A stretch of DNA of 64,000 nucleotides from Tubiluchus corallicola (Eukaryota; Animalia; Priapulida): assembly GCA_030141605.1 (NCBI GenBank), contig JAQGDQ010000305.1:124001-188000 (forward strand). The letters are read 5' to 3'. The notes beneath the pieces are model-generated. The model saw only the letters and a list, made by a program, of their open reading frames with translations. It had not been told where the DNA came from and did no database searches. Positions 1-12,184 of this stretch are shown piece after piece; within the stretch, counting starts at the first letter, position 1; the number at the start of each line of letters is the position of its first letter. Made by a program: the position numbers and the translations under genes.

Positions 1-79
1 TGTAGAATGTGCTGTTCTAAAAATTACTAAATAAATGAGGGATGCGCTTTTTGAAAATTAAATGCATTAATCTACAGCA

Positions 80-360
80 CTGCCACTACCATCATCACCA
101 CCACCAACCCCACCATCATCATCAACATCAATATCAAGGACTGTTCATACTGTAATTGTCACCATCGTCATCATCATTATATCATTGTCATCATTACTGT
201 CTCACCATCATCATCATCTCGATCATCAGCATCAAAATCACCATCATAGCCACTACCTTAACCAAATGCACTGTCATAATCATTATTATCATTATCCTTG
301 TTCTAAAAGTTCTAAAATAATTGCCACTATAATAATCATTATTTATCACCATCACCAATA
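80..360. repeat. Degenerate (CAT/CAC)n trinucleotide tract
   Basis: catcatcaccaccaccaacc...atcatcattatatcattgtcatc. Confidence 0.85.
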
Positions 361-614
361 AGTTTTCAAAATTGGCCTCCTGCTAGATGGAAGTTACTCC
401 ACTCACATTTTCATTACATACAGACTTTCGACAGATTTTATTCTCTAAGTAAATAAAAGCAGACGCTTTTATAGAGTTTATGTTAAAAATTAACAGATGC
501 AAAATCTTTCTGATACTACAGAATAATATCACTGCTGTAGAGAAATAGCAATCAATTTCCTTCTGGATTTTTGTAATTTTTTACAGGCTTAAAACAACTG
601 AATCAATACCGCAC

Positions 615-3600
615 CTAGTGAGTTTGTTATGTGTGATGGATACATTTTTAAGTGCCTGTAGCTTCCGACATTTATTGGGCAACTGCGTCAGTCGGTTGTG
701 GCTCAGGTTTAGTGAGTCCAATCTCTTTAAGTTTACAAAACTGTCAGGCAGAGAAGCTGCAAGAAAACAAATGTTAAAGTGACACTCTCATAAAGTGTAT
801 CTGGCACAACTATGTAATGAGATGAACAATCTATTGCACATAATACAACAATTTACAGTGAAAATCTAAAATGCTCTTGTTATAAACTTTCATATTATAG
901 GCCTACATCAGTGGTGCCTAATTAGCAATTTGCAGGCCAAGCCCAAATCCGCGAATGTGTGGTCTGCCCATGCATACTACTCGCTTTGCTGATCATTTTG
1001 AGCTGTAGATGAACTTAAGTCCGACTTATCATTGCGTAGTTATTAAATTTTAAAATTTACATTGAAAATAAGTCTAGTCTGTTGCTGGTATAGTCTGCTG
1101 CTCATTCTGCTACAGCTACAATAAAGACTAAGTCTCAGTGAGTCATGTAACCTTTGCATGCACACATTCTTCCGTTGCAATTTGGTGTGTACATTCAGTC
1201 AAATTTTCTCATTAAAGGTAAGAACCATTCTTCCATTTTGAAGCACAAAAAGTTTTGTCTAAAAATACTCATTTTCAGCATTCAAAATCATAAAAATCTG
1301 CAACTTTAAGGGTAAAGCACCACTACTGCACCCTAAACGATGGCATCAGTAGCCGCATTACCATTGGCCTGTTCTACTATTTGTTAATTGGGCACAATGG
1401 CCTACATGCTATACCAGCAGACGAAAAATTATTTGTGTAGTCTAACACCTTACTCAAAGTTTAAATTAAAATTTAGAAAACTATTTACCGAAGCATAAAA
1501 GTTCTAATTAATTCTATATAGTTATACAGTTATACTGAGATATGACAGTTATACCAGAGGTCTTCAAAATATTTTATCTAGTTCATTCATAATTACAAAG
1601 AAGCGTTATAACATAAAGTTTGCTAAGTTAAAACACAAGAGAACCAAAAAAAATCATCTTGAAATTTTGTAACACCTACATACTGCCTTATTGCGCGCAG
1701 AGTATTAGTAGTATTTTAGCTGAAAATCTAAACTCCCTCTATCACAGTTAGGCACAGACATTATAAAGGTCAGTCATCTGAAACAGGTTTAGGTGACGTT
1801 TGAAAAAATAATCAGAGCATTCATAGTGCACAGTTCATTAACTAAACCAGGCATAAATTACTACAGCTTGTCAATAAGGTTAAAAATACATTTTTTGTCG
1901 AGCCAGTGGTGCAATATACTAGGACGGTGAGTTACAGTTGATATTTTACCAGTGGGTATGAACAATTTAAATTACTAAAGAATTTTCTTTTCCATTTACA
2001 TAACTTTTTCAAGCAGGTACCGTAAATAACATAACTTGGAAAGTTTCTTGGGTTTTCCAAACTGTAAAATTGGCTTCATTCTCTTTTAAACTTTATTAGA
2101 ACAGTAAAGAAACTTTAAATTTGTTAAATTAAAATCTGATAAAGCTTTTGCTTCTTAGACATAAATAGCAGCAATAAAAGATCAGGATTTAGAAATGACT
2201 TTACAAGTGTTTTACTACACTTAACAATTACTGAAAAAACTCTATTTCTAGAATAAACCTGCTACTAAACTTTTGGAAGCAAACATGGCCAAAAAGTGTG
2301 GAAAAAATCAGCACTGCAAAATATAGGAGTTGCAAAGTTTCCACATTAAAAACCAATGGACCACTCAGTCTCCTAAACATCTAATCAGCTGCATACATAA
2401 AATTCTAAAATGCAAGTCAAACTTCTGCCTCAGTTCATATTTTTTGCATGTTCTTCAACCATGTTTAGTTTCACAAATTTCCTGAAATGCCCAAAGGTGT
2501 ACATGAGTAACAGTTTGAAGGAAACTTTCAACTTTGACTCACCTAAACGATTGTTGTTCAGTTGGAGATTTTTTAAAACTTGAAAATTTCCAAAGTTGTG
2601 TGGCAACTGTGAAATTTTGTTCTCCGAGAGGTCGAGTGTGCGAAGATTTCCAACAAGACGCATTAGAGAAGTTGGAATCTGAAATATGTAAACGAATAAA
2701 GATATTGTAACTTAGTCAATCCACTGTAAATAAACAAAAATTACACGAAGATTCAGGTAATACGTAGATGGTACACTTTTTTGCACAATAGAAGATTGAT
2801 TCAAAATCATGAGAGACAATTTAAAATTTTGAAAAGACCGAATGATATAATCTTTTTCTTTGGAGAGTAGAGAATGAGTAGAACAGTTCAATAAATTTTT
2901 AAAATCATGGCTGTATAACGGTATGTTATTAAAAGTATAAAGCACTATAAAAAGTGCAGGACTATTGAACATATCATTGTTCTGACAAAATTTAATGCAA
3001 TGTATTGTCTGTTAACTTGAGAGGCCATTTTATGGTGCTGTGGCCAGATCCATTAAGTTAACAGTGATGAAAGTACTTCATGCTCTCTCATAAGGAAGGA
3101 GTGTAAGAGCACTATGACTTCAATTGTGCCAACACTCCCCTCTGTCACTTTGATTACATCGTACTTGTGACGTAGGCATTACTACTTAACTACATCAACT
3201 TTAGGTGGTAATGTCACAGCTCGCTTACAACAAGGAAGCCCAGATTGGGCAGGGGCTAACAGTTAAGTAGTAATGCCTACGTCACAAGTAGGATGTAACC
3301 AAAGTGACAGGGAAGTGTTGGCACAATTGAAGCCATAGTGCTCTTAAAATGGTGTTAGTCAAGTCACATTACTATACTAACATCCTGAAGTATTTTCTTT
3401 TGTAATTGAGTCATTGATGTCAGGAACACTCTACTTTATTAAAAGATTGCATACCATTGGACCACGTAGAAGAAAAAATTGGCATTTAGCTGCCACTATT
3501 GTCATGAACGATAGATTCTTCAAGTACTAAGTACGAGGGTCTACAGGGTAAAAATAAAATGCAAGTAAATAAAAGTGCTATTAATTTGAACCAATCATCA

Positions 3601-3930
3601 ATCAGTACGTATAAATATGCAAAGCACTCATACGGTAGGTAGTAGCAGTTAATTTGCTATTTCATTCACAGTCATTCACAGAGCACTTTGCAAATATAAA
3701 ACGTAAATCACGTTATGCGGTCCGACTTTGAATATATCAATTAAACCGTGCTGAATTGAGGTAACCAAGAAGGTACCAAAGTAACTAGCAAAATAGAGTA
3801 ATTCCCGACGTGTAAGCTACTGGTCTAGGCCTTTTAATATTCTTGCCTCTTCTATATTTTGCTTGCTCAGTTGGCACACGCCTGTCTTCTCTGCACTTTC
3901 TATGTGTTGCCGCACAGCTGAGTTTCCCAT
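615..3930 (-). CDS. LRRC57: Leucine-rich repeat-containing protein 57, 5' part (3 exons; remainder lies left of the window)
   Basis: Exons 3930-3847 (MGNSAVRQHIESAEKTGVCQLSKQNIEE, GC donor), 2678-2543 (IPTSLMRLVGNLRTLDLSENKISQLP...LQLNNNRL) and 756-615 (ASLPDSFVNLKRLDSLNLSHNRLTQLP...). Phases join 0/1/2. The N-terminus closely resembles vertebrate LRRC57 ([21 protein letters not shown]) and is followed by LxxLxLxxNxL repeats. Confidence 0.9.
3104..3346. mobile_element. Hairpin MITE with ~85-bp inverted arms, TA-flanked
   Basis: agagcactatgacttcaattgtgccaacact...gtaggcattactacttaact is mirrored by agttaagtagtaatgcctacgtcacaagta...ttggcacaattgaagccatagtgctct; TA on both sides. Confidence 0.85.
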
Positions 3931-4360
3931 CTTTTATGCATATATTACAAAAACATTGAAGATATTCTAAAAATATTTGACTAGATAAAAAATTATTTTT
4001 CACTGGCAGCCATCGATGTTTTGCCTCTCGAAAAATAATAATCTAAAAAGACTACTATGAGCTTAAATACATAAACATCATTTTTGTTTTTTAAAAGGTT
4101 TTCTTATTTTTATAGTGCAAAAAATTTGGTATGATGTTATAGCACAATGTTCAAATTACTTTATTTTGTAATTTTTGCAGTTGATGTTTTCGATCAGTAG
4201 GGAAAGATGGCTGCTTACTTGTGAGTGTGTGTCGTGTTTACCTTAAGTGCTTATGAATTGTGAGTTTTGAAGTTCCGCGTGCAAAGACTTGCTGCTTGTA
4301 CATTGAATTTGAATAAAATTGTAGGGGTTCTCTTGTCACGGAAAGATGGCTGCAAAATAC
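3931..4360. promoter_or_regulatory. Probable bidirectional promoter between LRRC57 and RAD51C/RPAP1, with YY1-like motifs
   Basis: Divergent genes. GGAAAGATGGCTGC occurs twice on + (4201-4214, 4340-4353) and a related GATGGCTGCC occurs on - near 4005-4014; both resemble the YY1 consensus AAGATGGCGGC. Confidence 0.5.
4207..4220 (+). CDS. RPAP1: Candidate leader micro-exon (ATG GCT GCT TAC TT|gtgagt), in frame with RPAP1
   Basis: Strong donor GTGAGT at 4221. Splicing to the AG at 7235-7236 gives MAAYLFRT-MSRRPKPGE in frame. Splicing to the AG at 5806-5807 gives the uORF MAAYL*. Confidence 0.5.
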
Positions 4361-4949
4361 AATATTTTGCTTTGTAACAGATTAAATATTTTGGGGTTAG
4401 TTACTAATCCATTTTTTGTAGTATAGTATTGTATATTTAGTAGCCTATACGCTATATGGTACAAAGTTAATTTGCTTGCGAAAAATGACAGACCTTACCA
4501 TAAGACGGTCTCTTCTCACTGATTTACGAAACTGAGACAAATTTGATGATTCAACGGCTTCACTATTAAAAGAACTCAAATTGGCTAGAGCGTCGTAGAA
4601 CTAGTTCGGAGTTGTGACTTTGTATTTCACCTAGTAGTCTGGAAAAGAACTTACCACCATGTGAAATATACTTACCACTGGTGATTTTAAAACAGTGAAT
4701 AAGATACAGAGTGTTATGGTATTGTTTGAGAGAAGATACGGAATCTGGTTTAAAAAAAAACTCAAGTTTAGGAAATTAGGAGGTTTAAGGAAATGTTTTG
4801 GGCTGTTATAATGATAAAATTCTTTACTCTTCTTACTAACACGACTTTGCAAGATGCTGCTCATATCATTAGTGAGCAGAATGTTAGGCGGGTTTCAATT
4901 CCTGTAAGAAGCGAGTATTAAGTGAAAGTGTTAAAACACAAACTCCCAT

Positions 4950-5510
4950 AAATAAAAAAATCACAATTAAAAAAAGAATAATAAAAACAATAGTCATGAT
5001 TGTAGTTTTTCTTCAAAAAGACCATAGGAGAAGAAACATGGAATTAAGTACTACAACTCTTGATCTATTTTTTGGCAGTTTTTTGTTTATAGCAATATTA
5101 ACGCCTAAAAAAGGATGTCATATTAAAAAGGATACAAGCATGTAGAAAAAACACAGACCTCTGATAAAAACACACATGTTAATAATACAGAAGTATAAAA
5201 TTACTATTCACAGTCACACACCAGAATGGGACACAGTAGAAATGCGGGTTTGTATGTACATAGTTGTGTATTTCTTCTTTGTGTTTTTTCAACCGTACTC
5301 TGTTTTTTAACGAGCTTATTTTTTGTTATTTTTTTTTGAGGTGTTAATAATATAAACAAAAAAACTCCCAAAAATTAGCTGAGTAATTCGTGTAATTCCT
5401 TGTGATTTTGCCTTTTTAGGTTCATCTTTAGAACTGCCATGGTAGTTTGAAATGCTGTACCCTTCATTTCCTTCTCCTTGTTTTTTAATTGTGGGATTAT
5501 TTTGTTCATT
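4950..5510. repeat. Degenerate foldback (inverted repeat) element
   Basis: tttttggcagttttttgtttatagcaatattaacgcctaaaaaa (~5069-5112) is the reverse complement of tttttttgaggtgttaataatataaacaaaaaaactcccaaaaa (~5331-5374); weaker match outward. Confidence 0.65.
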
Positions 5511-5818
5511 GTCACTAGTCTTATTAAAAAATAATCTTTGTTAAATATTCCATATTTTACTGTAGTATTTAATTTTATATCTGTTTCATTGATGCAAAGC
5601 TTTCTATGTTTTTCACATGGACCTAGTTTAATTGCTACTGAAGTTTTAACAAATTCCTTTTCGAAATATCTGCAACTTCATATAATTCATCTTGGGAGCC
5701 TCATATTTTACTCCGTGCTCCGACATGTAGTTTTATACTTCGGCTAATTCTCTTTATTTAAAAGAGAAAAATTAATAATAAGGCTTAAACTGTTTTTGTT
5801 TTTATAGGTAGCCTTGAT

Positions 5819-6685
5819 ATGTCAACAGACTTTGGTGCTTTTGCAACAGTTGCTTCCTCAAAAGTAAGACAAGCCTGTCCTGTGACAGCACTTAGTTTGT
5901 TGCAGCATGAACGCTGCTGTCAACCAATTGTTACATTTTGTCAGAGATTAGACAGTTTGTTAGGTGGTGGTGTACCTTTAGAAAAAATTACAGAAATCAG
6001 TGGTGAAGCAGCAGTGGGGAAAACTCAACTGTGTCTACAGCTTTGTGTTGACGCACAAATTCCACCTGAATTTGGTGGCATCGGAGGGCAGGCCTTGTTC
6101 ATTGATACTGAGGGAAGTTTTCGCCCAGAACGTCTAGCAGATGTGGCCACTGCTGCCGTCACACATTGTAAAAACATAGCAAAATCTACAAGCTGCGAAC
6201 CAAGAATTAAGGCATTGGAATCATTTACCACACAAGCAATTCTGTCAGGAGTTCATTACAAGCGCTGCATAGAGCACATTGAGTTAGTTCACGTGGTGCA
6301 ATATCTGCCACAGTTTCTGTGTGACCACCCACGTGTTCGACTCGTCTTAATCGACAGCATTGCCTTTTTGTTCCGTTACGATTTTGACAACTACATTTTA
6401 CGCTCTAAGTTGCTTCACAACATTTCGCAAACTCTCAGAAAAATTGCTGTAGAAAATAATGTGGCTGTTGTGCTCACAAATCAGGTGACAATCAAGTTCA
6501 GTGGTGACAAGGGGCGTGTTGTTCCTGCCCTTGGTGAAACATGGTCATACACCCCATCGATCAGGGTTATGCTGTATAGACAGGAAAACATTAGATATGC
6601 TTCTTTATTAAAGAGTCCATCACGACAAGGTGGCCTTGCACAGTTTCAAGTTCTGAAAGAAGGCATTCGAGATACTGTGACTTAG
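5819..6685 (+). CDS. RAD51C: DNA repair protein RAD51 homolog C, single coding exon, 288 aa
   Basis: Intact ORF containing TALSLLQHE...IVTFCQRLDSLLGGGVPLEKITEISGEAAVGKTQLCLQLCVDAQIPPEFGGIGGQALFIDTEGSF (Walker A), LVLIDSIAFLFR (Walker B), VVLTNQVT and VPALGETW, all typical of RAD51C. A polypyrimidine acceptor ends at 5807. Confidence 0.93.
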   Translation: MSTDFGAFATVASSKVRQACPVTALSLLQHERCCQPIVTFCQRLDSLLGGGVPLEKITEISGEAAVGKTQLCLQLCVDAQIPPEFGGIGGQALFIDTEGSFRPERLADVATAAVTHCKNIAKSTSCEPRIKALESFTTQAILSGVHYKRCIEHIELVHVVQYLPQFLCDHPRVRLVLIDSIAFLFRYDFDNYILRSKLLHNISQTLRKIAVENNVAVVLTNQVTIKFSGDKGRVVPALGETWSYTPSIRVMLYRQENIRYASLLKSPSRQGGLAQFQVLKEGIRDTVT

Positions 6686-7246
6686 TACATATTGGAAATT
6701 TTTTTAAGTGAGTCATTATCTGTTTTGTTGTGATGCTTTGTAATGTATTGTCATGATTGTATTTATTTACAAATGTGGCATTTTCTGTGGTCTAGTGGTG
6801 TATAGTCTCTGTGTTTCATTCTGGGTACCTTTGAATACGATACTCACTTTTGGCAGTGTCATGTATAAACCTAGGTTGCTTATATATCCGAATTGTGGCT
6901 GAGACACCTTTGCTGGTTTAGTGGCTCATCTCAGAGGTATATTTTTGATAATGAATCATGTACCAGTCATATCACAAACATGCCTTTGAGAAGGCCTTAC
7001 CTTTGATTGCTTTCCAGCATGCAGTGTAGAGTGTCACCATGCATAAAAAATAGGCTTGCCATGCTGGAATTTTAGAAACATGGCTTTCAAGTAATTTGAA
7101 CCAAATGTTCCATATCAGTTTACCTACATGTGATCTCATATTTTTTAATGCCTGTTTTGTGATTTGGTTTACTGTAGCTAACGAAACCATTTTAATTTTT
7201 AATCTTGCCATGTTAATCATGAATTACAGACTATAGGTTCAGAACC

Positions 7247-10200
7247 ATGTCGAGACGCCCGAAGCCAGGCGAAACGGAAAACGATCTGCTTCGTTTTCAA
7301 CGCGAGTTTTTTACAGAGCATCCATCTCCTGCAGCCAGTTGCCAAAGAATACAGAGAGATGTTAATTCTTCCAGAGATTCAAACAAACGTGATGTTGTCA
7401 GCATAGATAACACAGGTATTACTAGAACACAGCATAGTACCGAGTTTTAGGTAGTTGGTGTGTCATAAGCACTACACACCGCATTACCTTTTTTGTGTAA
7501 CTTATTTGCGTAATTTTACTTTCCTGATATTTAACTTGTTTAGTTCTTTAGTTATGGCTTACTATAACTTTAGGTTATGTTGACCATTGCATATGTTATT
7601 TTATGTTCGAATGAAAGTTATTGTACAAGCCAGTATAAACACGAAACAATACAAACAACAAAAACAAGTTAACAACACGTAAATGGAATAGTCTTGAAGA
7701 AATCCAGTTGAGGGATTTTAGCCATGTTAGTCAGACTTTCAGGTTTTTCTTGATTCTTAAATTAATTTATTTGTTTATAGTTCATACTTTGAAAATTTTA
7801 GTTCGCAACTCCATTGACGAACCCGATAAGAAGAAGACAAAAATGAAGCACGATGTTAGAAAAATTGTACATTTTGATCCTGCTGACATTGATCGAGATG
7901 CTGAAGAGGAGCTGGATAGTAAGAAGAAATAAACACAATCATATATAGTAATTAAGAGAAGTGTATACTTCACATTTAAAGTGACTCTTGTGATGCATGT
8001 AAATCATTTCATGTATAGTTAAGCTTGCACTAAAAAGTTCCAATTGCCCAACATTACATAAGTAAAAGTATATGTATTAGGTGAGTACTTAAGTGGTTCT
8101 GTGTGTGCTTAGCAAAGTTAAGCAATGCTGAGCCTGGTCATTGTGAGGTTATAGATGGATGACCATCGGGTTCAAAACTCAATTTGTGCACTTCATGAAC
8201 TTCTGTATACCATACTGATTTTGATTGTTTATTGCATAAAAGGTGAATGTATTCTCACATACGACTGTGTATGACTGAGATACTTTTGCCAGTCAGTTTG
8301 CTCTTGGAGGCTTAGCCTGGATAATGATAATAATGAGATTTCAGCTCTGCTTCAGTAGCCTGCATTGTGCATTGGAAATGTGTAAAAAACAGTTAAAATA
8401 TTAAAGACTAATGACTGTCAAACATGCATTCGGATACACCACTTGCATTGTTTTGAAATTCCTGTCTAAATTTTTAAATGATTTCTAAACCTGACTCAGT
8501 AGTATAATTCTGTATTTTTTCCCTTGTTGTGCTACCTTTGGGATGTTTTGATGAGTGTGTAGGCCAGGTTCAATGCCCATTGTCATTAGTATTTAAGGGT
8601 ATAATGTTTTGTATATAAGTATTGTTTGCTATTTGCTTTTTAGAATATGACACTCATTTGACGGCTGTCCTGCCAAAGATATTGGTAAGTGTGTAATTTC
8701 AACAGTGACATACTGTTCACAAAATGCACAGATTTGCCCAAAACTTGATTTTAGCATGGTTGCCATAATTAAATTAAATGACTGTATTTAATTTTTTTAA
8801 TTAAATATCTGAAGTTAATCAACCTTTGCTTTGCTTTTTTTATAAAGAATGGAATTGCTTAGGTTTTTCTTTATTTTTATCATCGTAAGTAAATTAAAAT
8901 ATGGTTGGATACATACCATCTTCGTATATATATATACGTCGTATTAGTAGCCAGTCAAGTTATTTTGGAGTTTAGTTCCCAGTTGTAGGTCTGTCTTGGC
9001 AAACGTTACACATTTGTGTACGTGAAATTGTATTTTATGATTTGAGATTTTTATAAAGTTTAATGAAAAAGAATTTTATTTACACGCCTAAATTAATGAG
9101 TAATAATAATGCATCTGTACATGTTCCCGCATTGTCAGTATTTTTAATAAATATTTTTACCCTTTACTCTTAATACTTTTAGTTTTTTTAATAAACTACA
9201 ATACAATTGAGTACATGTATTTCTATAAACTAGTGATTTATATTGCATATGCATGCATAAAAATATATTGAGAAATTGTGTTGTTAAGTTGAAATTGTGA
9301 AGTTATTGTGAAATTTTTATCTTAGCAATACAGTTATCTAAACTGCTAATATTATGTACCAGTTCAGTTCGGCATCACTTGATTAAATGAAGATTTAAGA
9401 AACCAGTACAGGAATAAGATTAGTTTTGACTTACTTTTAATTTGTGAATCCATTTTTGTCAATGATAGGAAAGAGAGATGGTCAAAACTTCTATTGCGCT
9501 GCCCCGTCCCACCCAGCAAGCATTTCCGACACCCCTTCATAGAGGGAAGCATGCACCATCACAGCCTGGAAAAAAGAAGAGCATTTTCGCACAGCAGATG
9601 GAACATGCAAAGTTGTCAGATTTTGGTGTGTCAGAATTAACTGTTGTGTCTACTGTACCGGCTGCTTTTCCACATGCCGATGGTGAAGACAGTCCCACAG
9701 AAACTGGTAGAAACCACTCTGACACTGGCGAGATGATTAAAGTGGACACAAGCAAAATTGCAGAAGTAGTTGGTAAAATGTTTTTTCTTTTCCTTGATAA
9801 TACACTAGTACTCTGTTTTTTTATTTTTTAGTCCTCTGTTCTTCTGTTTTTTCTCCACAAAGTGGAATAATCAATTATACGAATGGGCAGCCATAGCTGT
9901 CTGAGTCTGAGCTTGGTCTTGATGGAAGCATTCCCCCCATGTCAGCTTCCACCACTGCGATGTTTTCTCGTTTCACTTTTTGCCTCTTGTGAAACTATCA
10001 TTCAAAGCATTGCGCATGAGTTTAATGAAAACTGCTCATACTTTATGCTATGAACTTACTGGCCAGTCTTGTAATTACTGTATTTCTTATTGGGCATAAA
10101 CTTTTTCTTTTTTTCAGTCTTATAGTCAGAATGTTTTGCAGACTTGTTCCATCAGTTGTTGTTTGCTTGAATTACTTGAAATGACAGCGCAGTAATCCTG

Positions 10201-12120
10201 GCGAATTTTTGTTACGTGACTTGCATTTGTAAAACTTACAGAAAATGAGTTGAAGATGCACAAAAATTTTTTTATTTTATTTGATGTTTCAGGACATAAA
10301 AGTTTCATTTTGGAGGGCTCCAGTTTGGGACCGGCTTTTGGGGAAACAGAAATCGCGAGAATTCACGAAGAAAACATTTCAAGAATTGCAAAAATGAACA
10401 CCGATGAGATTTTACAGGAACAAGAAAAGCTCGTCAATTCAATGGGTGAGAGGTTAAGTATTACAATTACGGAGTTTTATGCTTCATGTAACTTAGTGAG
10501 TAGAACAATTATGTTACAGAGAATGTAAGGGTTTAAGAAACTGATACTTCCTTTTTGCAGACCCAAAGATCCTAGAGTTTCTCAGATCACGTCGTAGAGC
10601 TAAATTGCGACCAAAAACTGAAGAGAAGCTCACTTATAAAGAAAGAGACACAAGCGAGAAAATTTTAGATAAAATGAAAGAAGCTATTGGATTAGATGCA
10701 GAAAGAGCCGAGTTGGATGAGACTAAAGAACCAGAAGATAACTCACAGCTAAACAAACTTGCCATTGAAAAGATGGAGATTGAGGAAATGATTGGTAATG
10801 ATCTTTGTAAGGCTGCATGCTTACTGAGTAGATTTTATTTGCAACTATTGTATTGTCCATTTCCATAATGAAAAAGAATCTTAGATGTTTGTAACATATA
10901 ACATCAACCATATAATCCTTGTTAATACAATTCCTTGTAAAGTAAAAATTTATGTCATGTGCACACATAAGCAAGAAAAACTCAAAACACAAAACAAAAA
11001 ATATCTAATTTGATGTTCCTGTGAGCTAAAGAAAAACAAAACAGGTAACAGAAAATGTTTCACAAAACAAAAACAAATGTTTTGCCTGCCATCTGTATTA
11101 GCTAAAATTGCTATGCTTTTATTTGCTTTTATTTTTTACGCTCACTGTGCACTGATTTTTACTTTGTAATTTGCTTTTTGCTTAATCTTTTGCTATATAC
11201 TATTCAATTCGAATAACTGGTACATGCAAAATGTGTAGATTTTGTTTGTGTGTTGCTCACTCACCTGAAACAGGATAAGAAATTGGCACCTATATTAATG
11301 CTTTTCACTTTTTATTTTGTCTGATATATATATGTGTATATACATCATTTATGTTTTTTCTTAATTTTGGTTTTATAAGTTTGTAGTTATATTTGTTGTT
11401 GCTATATTAGTCTAGTTTAGCTTTGTTTTTATAATAATGGTATGTGCAACAGCATTGCTTTAAGGTTAATTTTATTGCATTTTAGAATTCGTTTTTTAAG
11501 TTCATTTTACTCCTTATCTGCTATGTAACTTTATAGTACAAAATAGAATTAAGTCTAATCTTGCTATTAAGAACATTGTCTCTATTCTGTTAACCTCATT
11601 ATAATCTTTAGATCCTGAACTAACGAACAAGTCAGATAAAAAATGGATGCACATGGACAAACCGGAGTATGATAAGATGCAGTGGATGAAACCGCTGCCG
11701 CCTCTCGACAAAGGCAAGGTAAGAGTCCAGAATTTGGTTATTTAATAATACCTAAATCATTTTAATAATTGAGTGTAATTTTTTACTAACTAGTGAGTTT
11801 TTGTTTAGACAAATTATGCAGCTCGATTTGATTTTGAGGGCAACCTAATACCGAGGAGTCTCGAGATTGATGTGTCAAAAGGGTTACACCATCATGGTGA
11901 AGAACCTGAGGTAAGATTGTTTGTATATTTGAGTTATGTAGTTTGCTTAACTTGTGCAATAGGTAACTTAATGAGATAGACTTGTAAATCAGAAGTGCAA
12001 AAGAAAAACTTTTTTTGCAGCATTATTTTCTAGTTATAAAAAATTGCAAGCTGCTAATTTGTCTGTGCTTTATTGGTATATTTAATAACTTCATCATTTT
12101 CAGGCATTGTAAGTTGTTTT

Positions 12121-12184
<64 letters not shown>

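Noticed and set aside
3785-4003. 72-aa ORF from the track
   Set aside because: Wrong frame over the real LRRC57 first coding exon.
7919-7932. Apparent premature stops in RPAP1 ORFs (7930, 23178 and others)
   Set aside because: Each lies just past a GT donor; the spliced frame is continuous to 27723.
8085-8180. Functional 5S rRNA gene (also 15845, 43055) and tRNA genes (19811, 29285)
   Set aside because: Only partial, diverged promoter-box similarity; no full-length structure.
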